From: a candidate division WOR-3 bacterium | GTDB lineage: Bacteria; Hydrothermota; Hydrothermia; LBFQ01 | DNA: 64,000 bases | Assembly (NCBI GenBank): GCA_039802605.1 | Contig: JBDRWW010000001.1 | Location: forward strand, 32,001-96,000 | Direction: 5' to 3' | Translations under genes and position numbers: made by a program | The notes under the pieces: generated by a model | Seen by the model: the letters and a program-made list of their open reading frames with translations, nothing else | Told to the model about the DNA's origin: nothing | Databases searched by the model: none | In this document: positions 19,622-29,346 of the stretch, in pieces | Numbering within the stretch: the stretch's first letter is position 1 | Layout of the letters: each line of letters begins with the position of its first letter

Positions 19622-21502
19622 ATGGAGAAGGTTATAGGGATAGATTTGGGTACTACAAACTCCGTGGTTGCGGTGGTTGAAGGTGGGGAACCGATTGTTA
19701 TACCTAATAGGCAGGGCGAGAGAATAACCCCATCCGTTGTTGCTTTTAAAGAAAACGGGGAAATATTGGTGGGTTCCCCGGCAAAAAGGCAGGCGATAAC
19801 AAACCCCTTAAATACGGTTTTCTCAATCAAGAGGTTTATGGGTAGGACATATGCAGAGGCGAAACGATCTGGGGATGTTGATAGGGTTCCGTACAAAGTC
19901 GTGTCCGGACCCAACGATAGGGTAGAGGTTGAAATTCCGGCCTTAAAGAAAAGGTTCACCCCGGAGCAGATATCGGCTTTTATACTTTCGGAGTTAAAAA
20001 AGGCGGCCGAGAACTTTTTGGGTACCGAGGTTCAAAAGGCCGTTATAACCGTTCCGGCTTACTTTAACGACCCCCAAAGGCAGGCCACCAAAGATGCGGG
20101 TTTAATAGCGGGGTTTAAAGAGGTTATAAGGATTTTACCGGAACCCACGGCGGCCGCTTTGGCTTATGGCCTCAACAAAACGGATAAATCCCTTAAAGTT
20201 GCCGTTTATGACTTGGGAGGTGGCACATTTGATATATCAATTTTAACGCTTGTTGAGGGTGCCTTTATAGTTAAGGCTACGCATGGGGATACCCATTTGG
20301 GTGGGGACGATATAGACCAAAAGATAATAGATTGGCTTATGGAGGAGTTTTACAGGGAAACCAAAATAGACCTTTCTAAGGATCCCGCAGCCTTGCAGAG
20401 GTTAAAGGAGGCGGCCGAAAAGGCCAAAAAGGAACTCTCATTCCAAAGTGAAACGCTGATAAGCCTGCCCTATATAGCCTTTGACCCCGAAGCCAAGGTC
20501 GGTTTAAACCTTGAAAGGGTTTTAACGAGGGCAAGGCTGGAGGCCATGGCCGAACCCTTAATAAACAGAACTGTTGAGCTTATGAGGCAAGCCCTTGATG
20601 AAGCCGGGTTTTCCAGAAACGAGATAGATGAGGTTATACTGGTGGGTGGTCAAACCCGTATGCCTTTGGTACAAAAAGTTGTTGAAGAGTTCTTCGGTAA
20701 AAAACCACATGCGGGAATAAACCCCGATGAAGTTGTGGCCATAGGGGCTGCAATTCAGGCCTCAATAGCAATAGGTGAGATGAGGGACAAAAAGGACATA
20801 GTCCTGGTTGATGTCGTTCCCCTATCCCTAGGAGTTGCAACCCTTGGCGATATATTTGATGTTGTAATACCCAAGAACACCCCTATACCCGTAAAGAAAT
20901 CAAAAATTTATACCACGGCATACGACAACCAAACGGTTGTAACGGTTGAGGTTTATCAGGGTGAAAGGAAAATAGCATCACAAAACAGGCTCTTGGGTAG
21001 GTTTGACCTTACGGGTATCCCACCCGCCCCAAGGGGGGTACCGCAAATAGAGGTAACCTTTGAACTGGATACAAACGGAATATTACATGTATCCGCCGTT
21101 GAAAAATCCACCGGCAAGAAGGCTGATATAAGGATACACGCGAGGACCGGTTTGACGGAGGAGGAAATTCAAAGGATGATTGAGGAAGCGGAGAGGTATA
21201 GGGAAGAGGATGAGAAGAGGGCGAGGTTGGCCGAGTTGAGGAATCAAATAGACGCGTACATATACGAGGTTGAAAAGGCCAGAAAAGAATTTGAGAATAA
21301 ATTAACGGAAGATGAAAAGAAGAGGATAGATGAGGGTATAAACAGGTTGAGGGATGTAATGAGTAGCAACGATGAAGAAAGGATGAGGAAAGAGTTTGAG
21401 GAGTTTCAAAAGGTTTGGAATACGATAATTTCAAGGATTTACCAACAAACCACTGGCAAACAAAACCCACCGGATGAGGAGGGCCCAACCATAGAGGCCT
21501 AA
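19622..21502 (+). CDS. dnaK: Hsp70 chaperone DnaK
   Basis: GIDLGTTNS, TVPAYF, DLGGGTFD, GIPPAPRGVPQIEVTF. Start moved to ATG 19622 (MEKVIGIDLG). Confidence 0.93.
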   Translation: MEKVIGIDLGTTNSVVAVVEGGEPIVIPNRQGERITPSVVAFKENGEILVGSPAKRQAITNPLNTVFSIKRFMGRTYAEAKRSGDVDRVPYKVVSGPNDRVEVEIPALKKRFTPEQISAFILSELKKAAENFLGTEVQKAVITVPAYFNDPQRQATKDAGLIAGFKEVIRILPEPTAAALAYGLNKTDKSLKVAVYDLGGGTFDISILTLVEGAFIVKATHGDTHLGGDDIDQKIIDWLMEEFYRETKIDLSKDPAALQRLKEAAEKAKKELSFQSETLISLPYIAFDPEAKVGLNLERVLTRARLEAMAEPLINRTVELMRQALDEAGFSRNEIDEVILVGGQTRMPLVQKVVEEFFGKKPHAGINPDEVVAIGAAIQASIAIGEMRDKKDIVLVDVVPLSLGVATLGDIFDVVIPKNTPIPVKKSKIYTTAYDNQTVVTVEVYQGERKIASQNRLLGRFDLTGIPPAPRGVPQIEVTFELDTNGILHVSAVEKSTGKKADIRIHARTGLTEEEIQRMIEEAERYREEDEKRARLAELRNQIDAYIYEVEKARKEFENKLTEDEKKRIDEGINRLRDVMSSNDEERMRKEFEEFQKVWNTIISRIYQQTTGKQNPPDEEGPTIEA

Positions 21503-23655
21503 AATTCGCCTGAAACGCTTAAACCGAAGTTCCAAGAGAATTTTTGCATTTTATCGTAATACGCGTATAAATGGCCCGATATATTAATTTCGTAAAGGTT
21601 TTTCTGCGGATAAAAACCCAGTAAGACTACCGGCCCTTCGGGTTTTATATATACCTCATCACCTTTCTCCCCGTAATAATTCCTGTAATAAAGGCTTAGC
21701 GAAAAGGGTTTTCTTATCCTGATAAAAGGGGAAAGTGCCCAAGAAGTTGATTTCAGAACTTCAAGACCAAAAAATTTATACCCAAACGATAGGGAATTGT
21801 ATTCTATATACTTACCAAAAACCCTTTTTAAGTTCTCGTATTCCATAAACCAATTGTAGTTGGCGAACCCGTTAAAAACCCTGTTATATCTGAACTCACC
21901 CGTTTCCACATCCCTATAAAGGTCAAATTTCACACCCACACTATCCCTACCAAACCAAGCATTCAAGTTTATGGTTTTTAAATCCTTAAAATCCGTCCTC
22001 AAAGATGCGTTTAGGTATTCCAAAACCGATATTCCTATATCGTATATTGCTGTATCCGTGGGGAAGTAAACCATTTCCCTTTTATAACTCCCAAAGGGTT
22101 TTGGGTAAAACATCCCCAAAGAATCCCTTTCGTAATCCCCCCATCCCTTACCCACATATATAAACCTCTCCTCCTTTTTAAAACTTATGGATGAAGATAT
22201 GTCCAAACGGATAAACTTCCAAATTAGACCGAGTATAAAGGACCTCCCCATTTTGCTAACCCCGTAGTTTAAAACCAAACCTTCGCCAATAAAACCTATG
22301 TCATAAGCCAAAAAACCGTCGTCGTACCTCTTAATCGTTCCAACAAGTTTTTCCGATTTACCATTAATCCCATAAGATCTACCAAATGTATCCTCCGCCA
22401 TAAATCCCCCCGCAAATAGGCCTTTTATAAAACCGCCAAATTCGTACCTGTTCCAAATACTTGTCCTTAAAAGGTTTGCATAAAACCCTCTATCCATTCC
22501 AAGTTTTATATCCCCGGAATACACGAAATCGTTTTCAAAAAAGCCCCTCAAAAATTTACCATTCAATCCCTCAAAATTCAAACCAATACCGAGATTTATG
22601 TTGTAATTCCCCGTATTTACTCCGGTTGCGGTATAGGGAATATAGGGGTTATAACCAAAATTCCCAAAGGAAAATGCGTATATTTTTTCCCCAATGGTGT
22701 AGTTCCACCTACCGCCCATGTTCCCCCGATCGTTAAAGTTTATGGATAGGTAATCCCCACCCCTCTCAAACCCCACTTCACCCATATACTCCCCATTATT
22801 CCCTTCTATTGGTTTTATGGTATAGTCCCCTCCACTTCCCACAAACACAAACCTATCACCGAGGAATTTATAATCCCCGTTTTTAACATTGACAAAATCG
22901 CACATCAAATCCCCGTTCAAAACATCTATGTAAAATGTATCCTTTGAAAACCTGTAATCCCCTTTTGATGTCCTTATACACCCTTTAAAACTTTCAAACC
23001 TTTGAGGGGTTATACCGCTTCCCCTTATGAAAAATCCCCCAACCCTTATTACCCCATAAGAGAATAGGTTTTGGCTACCCGTAGATTCCTGGTATTCAAC
23101 CGTAAGGATGTCGCCATCTTCAAATTCCCGTGTTATATATATGGCCCCATTTTTAAGGACATAACCGCTTTTTAGCACTCTGCCGTTTATATATACCCTG
23201 ACGGAATTCTCAACGACACCCTTGGAAGGTATAACATAAGGTCCGTTAAAACCCTTAAACAACCTAAAATTAACCCTTTTAACATCCGAAAACGACCTTA
23301 AAAACTTCAAAGTATCCCCTTTATAAAAAATCCCCAAACCTTCCCCCCTTACCCTTCCCCTTACAAAATCCTCGCTTAATATCCCACCAAATAAACCCAT
23401 ATAATCCTTGAAAATTTGTACCCTAAAATCCTGCAGGTTTTCTATCCTCTTAACCTCGCCGCTAACACCCGCAACATCTCTTATGGCTAAACCCAATGCC
23501 CACCCGTATATATCACCCTTAATTTCAGCATATAACCCATCGGTGCCAAAGTTGTAAAAACCACTCCAACCTTTTAGGGTTAAAGAGGTATCCCATTCAA
23601 AATAGGAAAATGAATCCGGGGTTAAAGGTTTTAGAAGGTATAACTCGTAAAACAA
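21499..23655 (-). CDS. Probable outer-membrane beta-barrel protein of unknown function
   Basis: Gly/aromatic-rich alternating strands, terminal ...GLSVSGEF, and an SprA-like Ig segment (GPY..ENSVRVYING...TVEYQ). Confidence 0.6.
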   Translation of the reverse strand: MFYELYLLKPLTPDSFSYFEWDTSLTLKGWSGFYNFGTDGLYAEIKGDIYGWALGLAIRDVAGVSGEVKRIENLQDFRVQIFKDYMGLFGGILSEDFVRGRVRGEGLGIFYKGDTLKFLRSFSDVKRVNFRLFKGFNGPYVIPSKGVVENSVRVYINGRVLKSGYVLKNGAIYITREFEDGDILTVEYQESTGSQNLFSYGVIRVGGFFIRGSGITPQRFESFKGCIRTSKGDYRFSKDTFYIDVLNGDLMCDFVNVKNGDYKFLGDRFVFVGSGGDYTIKPIEGNNGEYMGEVGFERGGDYLSINFNDRGNMGGRWNYTIGEKIYAFSFGNFGYNPYIPYTATGVNTGNYNINLGIGLNFEGLNGKFLRGFFENDFVYSGDIKLGMDRGFYANLLRTSIWNRYEFGGFIKGLFAGGFMAEDTFGRSYGINGKSEKLVGTIKRYDDGFLAYDIGFIGEGLVLNYGVSKMGRSFILGLIWKFIRLDISSSISFKKEERFIYVGKGWGDYERDSLGMFYPKPFGSYKREMVYFPTDTAIYDIGISVLEYLNASLRTDFKDLKTINLNAWFGRDSVGVKFDLYRDVETGEFRYNRVFNGFANYNWFMEYENLKRVFGKYIEYNSLSFGYKFFGLEVLKSTSWALSPFIRIRKPFSLSLYYRNYYGEKGDEVYIKPEGPVVLLGFYPQKNLYEINISGHLYAYYDKMQKFSWNFGLSVSGEF

Positions 23656-24336
23656 TCAGAACTCTCGTACCACCCCAAGATTTATGGTTGGGGAATTTGG
23701 TATTAAAGGCGCGGGATTTAGGAGGTTGATGTTTATAATGTTTTCCGTGCTTATTTCAATAGATGGGATACTATCGGGTTTATAAGGGTAGTTATACGGA
23801 TAGTTTTCCCCGTACGCATATGAAAATCCGATAAGGAATGTGTAGGGTTTTGAGATCTTTTTGAGGGTTATCGAAAAGGGGGTGTAGTTTGTGTTCAATT
23901 TGTATATAAGGGTATCCAAGGAAGGATTGCCGGTATTCGGATAACTGACCTTTGCATTCGGTGAAGGCGTTATACGATAATCTAAAACTATATTTTCGGG
24001 TAATATTTCTGCAAGGATTCCCCCAAGCGCGCCAAAGACGATATCCCCCAAACTAACAGGCGATGTTCTCAAAACCCTTTCCTCATAAACCTCCCAAGCA
24101 ATGGACGATACAAGGGGTATTATTACCGCACCTTTACCCCTTATATCCGTTATCCTGATAAACCAATAGTACATAAACATATGGGCGGGATAGGATTGGG
24201 TTACAAAATCCCCAAAGTCCTTTGAGGGTGGGAGTACGGCTACACCAAAATCACCCATTCCAACCCTATAAGCCTCCATCCTTTTACCGAAAGCATCCAC
24301 ATAAGTTGCCTTTTGTACGAATGCCATCCACCACAT
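23656..24336 (-). CDS. Hypothetical envelope protein (YfiM/DUF2279-like helical motif)
   Basis: H...AWEVYE...S.GDIVFGALG and terminal INLGVVREF. Confidence 0.5.
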   Translation of the reverse strand: MWWMAFVQKATYVDAFGKRMEAYRVGMGDFGVAVLPPSKDFGDFVTQSYPAHMFMYYWFIRITDIRGKGAVIIPLVSSIAWEVYEERVLRTSPVSLGDIVFGALGGILAEILPENIVLDYRITPSPNAKVSYPNTGNPSLDTLIYKLNTNYTPFSITLKKISKPYTFLIGFSYAYGENYPYNYPYKPDSIPSIEISTENIININLLNPAPLIPNSPTINLGVVREF

Positions 24337-24339
24337 CCC

Positions 24340-25179
24340 CTATATTTTATGGCTGTAAGATATGTTTTTCCAGTAATTTTTCATAAGTAGTGCATCCCCT
24401 TCAATGTTCGGGCTTTCTGAGACTATGAACCCGTCGGCCTCAAATTCATAAAGGGTTTCCAAAATATCCTTCCAATTCAAATCCGATTCTTCGAGGTTTA
24501 GGTGGTGTTTCTCCCCTTTTGAAGAGTATGCTATTCCCGACATATGTATGTGCATGTTTTTTAAACCGTTTTCACCTAGGTATTCCTTTATTTTTTCCAG
24601 AACCCAAACAAATTCCCCCTTTGTATTAAACTTACCACCACTCCTCGCGTGTAAATGGGCAAAATCAAGGCAGGGTAAAACCCCTCCTATCTCCGCCGAA
24701 AGTTCAAGCAACTCTTCAAGGGAACCGTATTGCGTAGGCTTTCCCGTGGTTTCCGGTCTTAGAATAACGGATATACCTTCGGATTTCAGCCTTTCGGATA
24801 GATCTTTGAGAATCCCTAAAACCTTATTATGAACATCCTTTGGGTCATCTCCCAGATAATAGGCGGGATGAAAGCATATGTTCTCCGCGCCCGCCATATA
24901 TCCGATTTTTGCGGATTGGTATATCCTCTCAATAGAAGCCTTTAACTTATCCCTTTCTTTGGCGTTTAAATTTATCCAATACGGGGCGTGGACGGAAAGG
25001 GACAAACCGTTCTTTTCCGCTATCTCCTTCACCCTCTTAGCCTTATCCTCCTTCATATTAACACCCCTAACAAATTCCAGCTCCATCCCGTCTAAGCCCA
25101 ACTCCTTAACCCTTATCAACCCATCTTCCGTAGAACCGCTCCTACTTGAAATTGGAACACCCGCCGTAAAGAATTTCAT
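24340..25179 (-). CDS. nfo: Endonuclease IV (AP endonuclease family 2)
   Basis: HAPYWINL, HP, ETTGK, DFAH, HIHMSG, HH, ESP. Confidence 0.9.
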   Translation of the reverse strand: MKFFTAGVPISSRSGSTEDGLIRVKELGLDGMELEFVRGVNMKEDKAKRVKEIAEKNGLSLSVHAPYWINLNAKERDKLKASIERIYQSAKIGYMAGAENICFHPAYYLGDDPKDVHNKVLGILKDLSERLKSEGISVILRPETTGKPTQYGSLEELLELSAEIGGVLPCLDFAHLHARSGGKFNTKGEFVWVLEKIKEYLGENGLKNMHIHMSGIAYSSKGEKHHLNLEESDLNWKDILETLYEFEADGFIVSESPNIEGDALLMKNYWKNISYSHKI

Positions 25180-25181
25180 AA

Positions 25182-26687
25182 TTATCGGACTATTACCTTC
25201 TCCCTCTTACCCCCATACTCTACAATATAAACACCCCTCTTTAAACCAACAAAACCTTTCCCTTTTATCTCCGCAACCTTTATCCCCGATGCATTGTATA
25301 CCTTTACAAAACCTTCACCCAAAACCCTTATTCCACCCTTTACGGCCTCAACCCTTATAATTCCCTCGGTTTCCTCCTTAACCGCTATCGGATCATCATA
25401 ACCGAGTATATCACAAGTCCCAACATTGTTTGACCTGAAAACATATAGGTTTGGGGCATCCATTTCACCCCTGATTATCAATTCAACACAGGTATCACCA
25501 TCCACATCCGCTATTACGGAATAGCCCGATGCGCAACACCCACTAACGGGACCACCATAAGAATAACTCCACAACCATGCACCGTTGGATGCACTATAAA
25601 CATCCAAATAACCATCGTGATTTGCAAACAATACCTCGTATCCCGGGTTCGTCATATCAAAATCGCCTACGGTTATTGGGGCATGCGAATGAACTTCATA
25701 AGCCGTGGTTATTGCCCATATAACCGCCCCGGTACCGCCATCTATGGCGGCAAAGTTCCACCAATAATCCGCAGTGAATATATCCCTTGTCCCGTTTCCG
25801 TTTATGTCGGGACCTATAACAACAGATTCACGACCGTCAAATGAAAGCTCCGAATATCCCGAAACACACCAGGCCAAGGAACCAGTCCCGTTTATACGAC
25901 ATGTGTAATTGTTGTAAAAATTAACAAAGATTTCCATTATTCCATCGCCATCAACATCTTCAACGGCGGGTGCGGAACCGTATGAATATCCGGTTGAAAC
26001 ACTCCACTTTATGCCACCATCCGTTCCCCTTAAAGCGTAAACGGTCCCGGAGTTATCGGCCACTATAACCTCTATTTGCCCATCGTTATCAACATCACCA
26101 ACGGCAACCGCCGCATCGGATACGACTGTCGTATTAACCCACCTTGTCATTCCATCAGACCCGCGAAAGGCGTAGGTGCCATTCCCCGTAGCAACTACCA
26201 CCTCCTTTTGGCCATCAAGGTTTATGTCATACACCCTAGGAGAACCGTTATATGCATACCCAACATACTGACTCCATATAATTGTTCCATTTGTCCCTTC
26301 AAGGACATAAAGATAACCGTCATAGGATGTGAAGGCAACTTCCATATTTGGATCGCCATCTATTTCGTCCAATGCAGGGGTTGAATATATAGAACCACTT
26401 GTTGTATATGTCCAGCGAATTGTCCCATCGGGACCGTTGAAACACCAAAGCGTCCCCCCATCATCGCCAACGACAACATCTGGAACACCGTCGTTTGTTA
26501 TATCAAGAACGGAAGGCCCGGAATATATGCCGGTTGTAGCGGAAAGGGATCTGAACCAAGCCACCACTACGGATGAAGGCCCGGAAAAACGGGCGGTTGC
26601 CATCGCCCTACCCCTACCCAATATATCCCTCTTTAAACCCCCCCAATATTGAGCAGGAGGCATTTGCGCAAATATTACCCAAATCAT
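25182..26687 (-). CDS. FG-GAP/PQQ-like beta-propeller exported protein with T9SS-CTD-like tail
   Basis: Repeated DxxxDGxxE and G..+W units. Tail VYNASG...GVYIV...KVIVR. Confidence 0.8.
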   Translation of the reverse strand: MIWVIFAQMPPAQYWGGLKRDILGRGRAMATARFSGPSSVVVAWFRSLSATTGIYSGPSVLDITNDGVPDVVVGDDGGTLWCFNGPDGTIRWTYTTSGSIYSTPALDEIDGDPNMEVAFTSYDGYLYVLEGTNGTIIWSQYVGYAYNGSPRVYDINLDGQKEVVVATGNGTYAFRGSDGMTRWVNTTVVSDAAVAVGDVDNDGQIEVIVADNSGTVYALRGTDGGIKWSVSTGYSYGSAPAVEDVDGDGIMEIFVNFYNNYTCRINGTGSLAWCVSGYSELSFDGRESVVIGPDINGNGTRDIFTADYWWNFAAIDGGTGAVIWAITTAYEVHSHAPITVGDFDMTNPGYEVLFANHDGYLDVYSASNGAWLWSYSYGGPVSGCCASGYSVIADVDGDTCVELIIRGEMDAPNLYVFRSNNVGTCDILGYDDPIAVKEETEGIIRVEAVKGGIRVLGEGFVKVYNASGIKVAEIKGKGFVGLKRGVYIVEYGGKREKVIVR

Positions 26688-26693
26688 GTTAAT

Positions 26694-26721
26694 ATTATAC
26701 TCCTGATTGATTTTTTGTCAA
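26694..26721 (-). promoter_or_regulatory. Sigma70-type promoter TTGACA-16 nt-TATAAT, 6 nt before ATG 26687
   Basis: Perfect consensus on the minus strand (TGTCAA 26716-26721 and ATTATA 26694-26699 on +). Confidence 0.85.
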
Positions 26722-26729
26722 GGCAAAAA

Positions 26730-27911
26730 TCACAAACCCCCTTTCCTCTCAATGGCCTTGAATATCACATACTCCTGAATCTCGTTGGTTCCCTCAAAGA
26801 TCCTGTTTATCCTCGCATCCCTATACATTTTCTCAACGGGGTAATCCTCTATGTATCCGGCCCCACCGTGTATTTGAACGGCCAAATCAACCACCCTATC
26901 CAAGACCTCGGATGCAAAAACCTTTACTATCGAAGCCTCCCTAATAATATCATATCCCATATCCGCCATCCAAGCCACCCTATAAAGCAAACTTTCAAGG
27001 GTAAATATGTCTATTGCCATTCTCGCGAGGTAGTGTTGTATAAGTTGGAAGTTTTTTATGGGCTGCCCAAACTGTACCCTTTCGTTTGCAAATTTCCAAG
27101 CAACCTCAAACGCCTCCTTTGCACCCCCAAGGCAACCGGCTCCTAAGGTGATCCTACCTATGTCAAGGGTTTCCATCGCAATCTTAAAACCCTGCCCAAC
27201 CCCACCTAAAACATTTTCTTCCGGAACTTCAAGGTCTTCAAGTACAACATAGGCGGTTCCCGATGCCTTTATCCCCATCTTCTTTTCCGTTTTCATAACC
27301 TTCCAACCCTTCCATTTGGTTTCCACTATAAAGGCTGTTATGCCGCCATAAGCACCGAGAGATTTATCGTTTGCGGCAAATACAACGGCTATATCGGCGA
27401 TGTTCCCGTTTGAAACATAGAGTTTTGAACCGTTTAAAATCCACCTATCGCCCTTTTTAACCGCGGTCGTTTGTATATGTTGGGCATCGGAACCCGCATT
27501 CGGTTCCGTAAGGGCGAAGCACCCAATATATTCACCCGTGGCTATCTTTGTTAAATACTTTTCTTTCTGCTCTTTATTCCCGCCTATGTTTATAGCACCA
27601 CCGCACAAACCCGTTGATGCCCCAAGTAGCACCGCCACGGATGCATCACCCCTAGTTATCTCCTCTTGTAATACCGCATTTCCCAATTCGCCGAGGCCAG
27701 CGCCTCCATATTCTTCGGGTAAAAGGATACCAAAAAATCCCTGCTCCGCCATCTTTTTTATTAGCTCTTGGGGTATTTCTTCCCTTTTTTCCATCTCCCG
27801 CGATATGGGTTTTATTTCCCTATTCACAAACTCCCTAACCATTGCCCTAAGGTCTTCAAGGGTCTCAACCTTATCCTTGGGTAAGTTCAAAAATTCAAGG
27901 GCGCTTTTCAT
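26730..27911 (-). CDS. Acyl-CoA dehydrogenase
   Basis: FALTEPNAGSD, LNGSK, KMG, RVQFG, QIHGGAGY, IFEGTNEIQ. Start set to ATG 27911 from the -10 box position. Confidence 0.95.
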   Translation of the reverse strand: MKSALEFLNLPKDKVETLEDLRAMVREFVNREIKPISREMEKREEIPQELIKKMAEQGFFGILLPEEYGGAGLGELGNAVLQEEITRGDASVAVLLGASTGLCGGAINIGGNKEQKEKYLTKIATGEYIGCFALTEPNAGSDAQHIQTTAVKKGDRWILNGSKLYVSNGNIADIAVVFAANDKSLGAYGGITAFIVETKWKGWKVMKTEKKMGIKASGTAYVVLEDLEVPEENVLGGVGQGFKIAMETLDIGRITLGAGCLGGAKEAFEVAWKFANERVQFGQPIKNFQLIQHYLARMAIDIFTLESLLYRVAWMADMGYDIIREASIVKVFASEVLDRVVDLAVQIHGGAGYIEDYPVEKMYRDARINRIFEGTNEIQEYVIFKAIERKGGL

Positions 27912-27919
27912 AACCCTGT

Positions 27920-27972
27920 ATTCTACTCCCGTTTTGCTTATCAAAGTGTGGGAATTTTTTCACCTTTATAAT
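27920..27972. promoter_or_regulatory. Divergent -10 boxes: TAGAAT (-) 27920-27925 (8 nt) and TATAAT (+) 27967-27972 (9 nt before tRNA-Lys)
   Basis: Recurring motif and spacing. Confidence 0.7.
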
Positions 27973-27981
27973 ATCCACTTC

Positions 27982-28054
27982 GGGCCGTTAGCTCAGTTGG
28001 TAGAGCACCGGATTTTTAATCCGGGGGTCGCAGGTTCGATTCCTGCACGGCCCA
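27982..28054 (+). tRNA. tRNA-Lys (TTT), CCA not encoded
   Basis: Acceptor GGGCCGT/ACGGCCC, anticodon arm CCGGA-TTTTTAA-TCCGG, T-loop TTCGATT. Confidence 0.97.
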
Positions 28055-28057
28055 TTT

Positions 28058-29311
28058 TTGGCCAAAATTGTTGTTAAAGGCGGTAACGGGTTAAAGGGTT
28101 CCGTTAAAATAAGCGGTGCAAAAAATTCCGCCTTGGCATTAATACCCGTATCAATCCTGATCGATGGAAATGCGGAATTCGTAAATGTACCAAATGTCGA
28201 GGATGTCAGAACTATGCTTGAACTCTTAAGCGTTATGGGCTCTGAGGTTAGTTTTGATAAGGGTAATGTGTTTATCAATACATCCAACATCAAAGAGCCC
28301 TTTGCCCCTTATGAGTTTGTGAGCAAGATGAGGGCCTCTATATATGTTTTGGGCCCCCTTTTGGCAAGGTTTAAAAGGGCCAAGGTGGCTTTACCCGGGG
28401 GATGTGCCTTTGGCCCAAGACCTATAAACTTCCACTTGGAGGGTTTGAGGAAAATGGGGGCGGAAATAGAGATTGAACACGGGTATATAATAGCAAAGGC
28501 CAAAGAACTGAGAGGTGCGTATTTAACATTTGAAAAGAAATCAGTAGGGGCAACCATACACCTTATGACCACTGCGGTCTTTGCAAAAGGGGAAACGGTT
28601 ATAGATAACGCCGCAATAGAACCGGAAGTGGTGGATGTGGCCAAATTTTTAAAGAAATGTGGGGCAAATATTGAGGGGGAGGGGACCGATACCATTAGGG
28701 TTTATGGAGGGGGTTTCCTTAAAGGTGGTATAAAATACGGGGTAATACCCGATAGGATAGAGGCGGCAACCTTTATTATAGCATCCTTAATAACAAACGG
28801 GGAGGTTAGGGTTGAAGGCATAAGGCCAAAGGATATGGGAGCGGTAATATCAAAGCTTATGGAATGCGGGGGGCGTTTTGAAATCGGAGAGGATTATGTA
28901 TTGGTTAAACCTTCGGGAAGGTTGGAGGCCAAAGATGTTGAAACCGCCCCATTTCCCGGATTCCCAACGGATGTACAACCGCAATATATGGCCCTTATGA
29001 GTGTTTCTAATGGGAAATCCTTGATAAAGGAGGGTATATATCCCGATAGGTTTAAGCATGCCTTTGAACTTATAAGGTTGGGGGCTAATATAAAGGTTGG
29101 GGAAGGGTTTGCCATAGTTGAGGGGGTTGAATCCCTGAGTGGGGCACCGGTTGTGGGAAGCGATCTCAGGGCAACGGCATCTTTGGTTTTGGCCGGTCTT
29201 GTCGCAAAGGGTATAACGGAGGTGGATGGATACGAGCATATGCTAAGGGGTTATGAAAACTTTGAGGAGAAAATTAGAAATTTGGGGGCAGAATTGGAAG
29301 TCATTTTTTGA
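28058..29311 (+). CDS. murA: UDP-N-acetylglucosamine 1-carboxyvinyltransferase
   Basis: SGAKN, MRAS, LPGGCAFGPRP, PGFPTD, DLRA, RGYE. TTG start. Confidence 0.97.
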   Translation: MAKIVVKGGNGLKGSVKISGAKNSALALIPVSILIDGNAEFVNVPNVEDVRTMLELLSVMGSEVSFDKGNVFINTSNIKEPFAPYEFVSKMRASIYVLGPLLARFKRAKVALPGGCAFGPRPINFHLEGLRKMGAEIEIEHGYIIAKAKELRGAYLTFEKKSVGATIHLMTTAVFAKGETVIDNAAIEPEVVDVAKFLKKCGANIEGEGTDTIRVYGGGFLKGGIKYGVIPDRIEAATFIIASLITNGEVRVEGIRPKDMGAVISKLMECGGRFEIGEDYVLVKPSGRLEAKDVETAPFPGFPTDVQPQYMALMSVSNGKSLIKEGIYPDRFKHAFELIRLGANIKVGEGFAIVEGVESLSGAPVVGSDLRATASLVLAGLVAKGITEVDGYEHMLRGYENFEEKIRNLGAELEVIF

Positions 29312-29333
29312 ACAACCGTTCAAATAACAGCCT

Positions 29334-29339
29334 TAAAAT
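29334..29339 (+). promoter_or_regulatory. -10 box TAAAAT, 7 nt before ATG 29347
   Basis: Recurring motif and spacing. Confidence 0.7.
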
Positions 29340-29346
29340 TTCCGGT

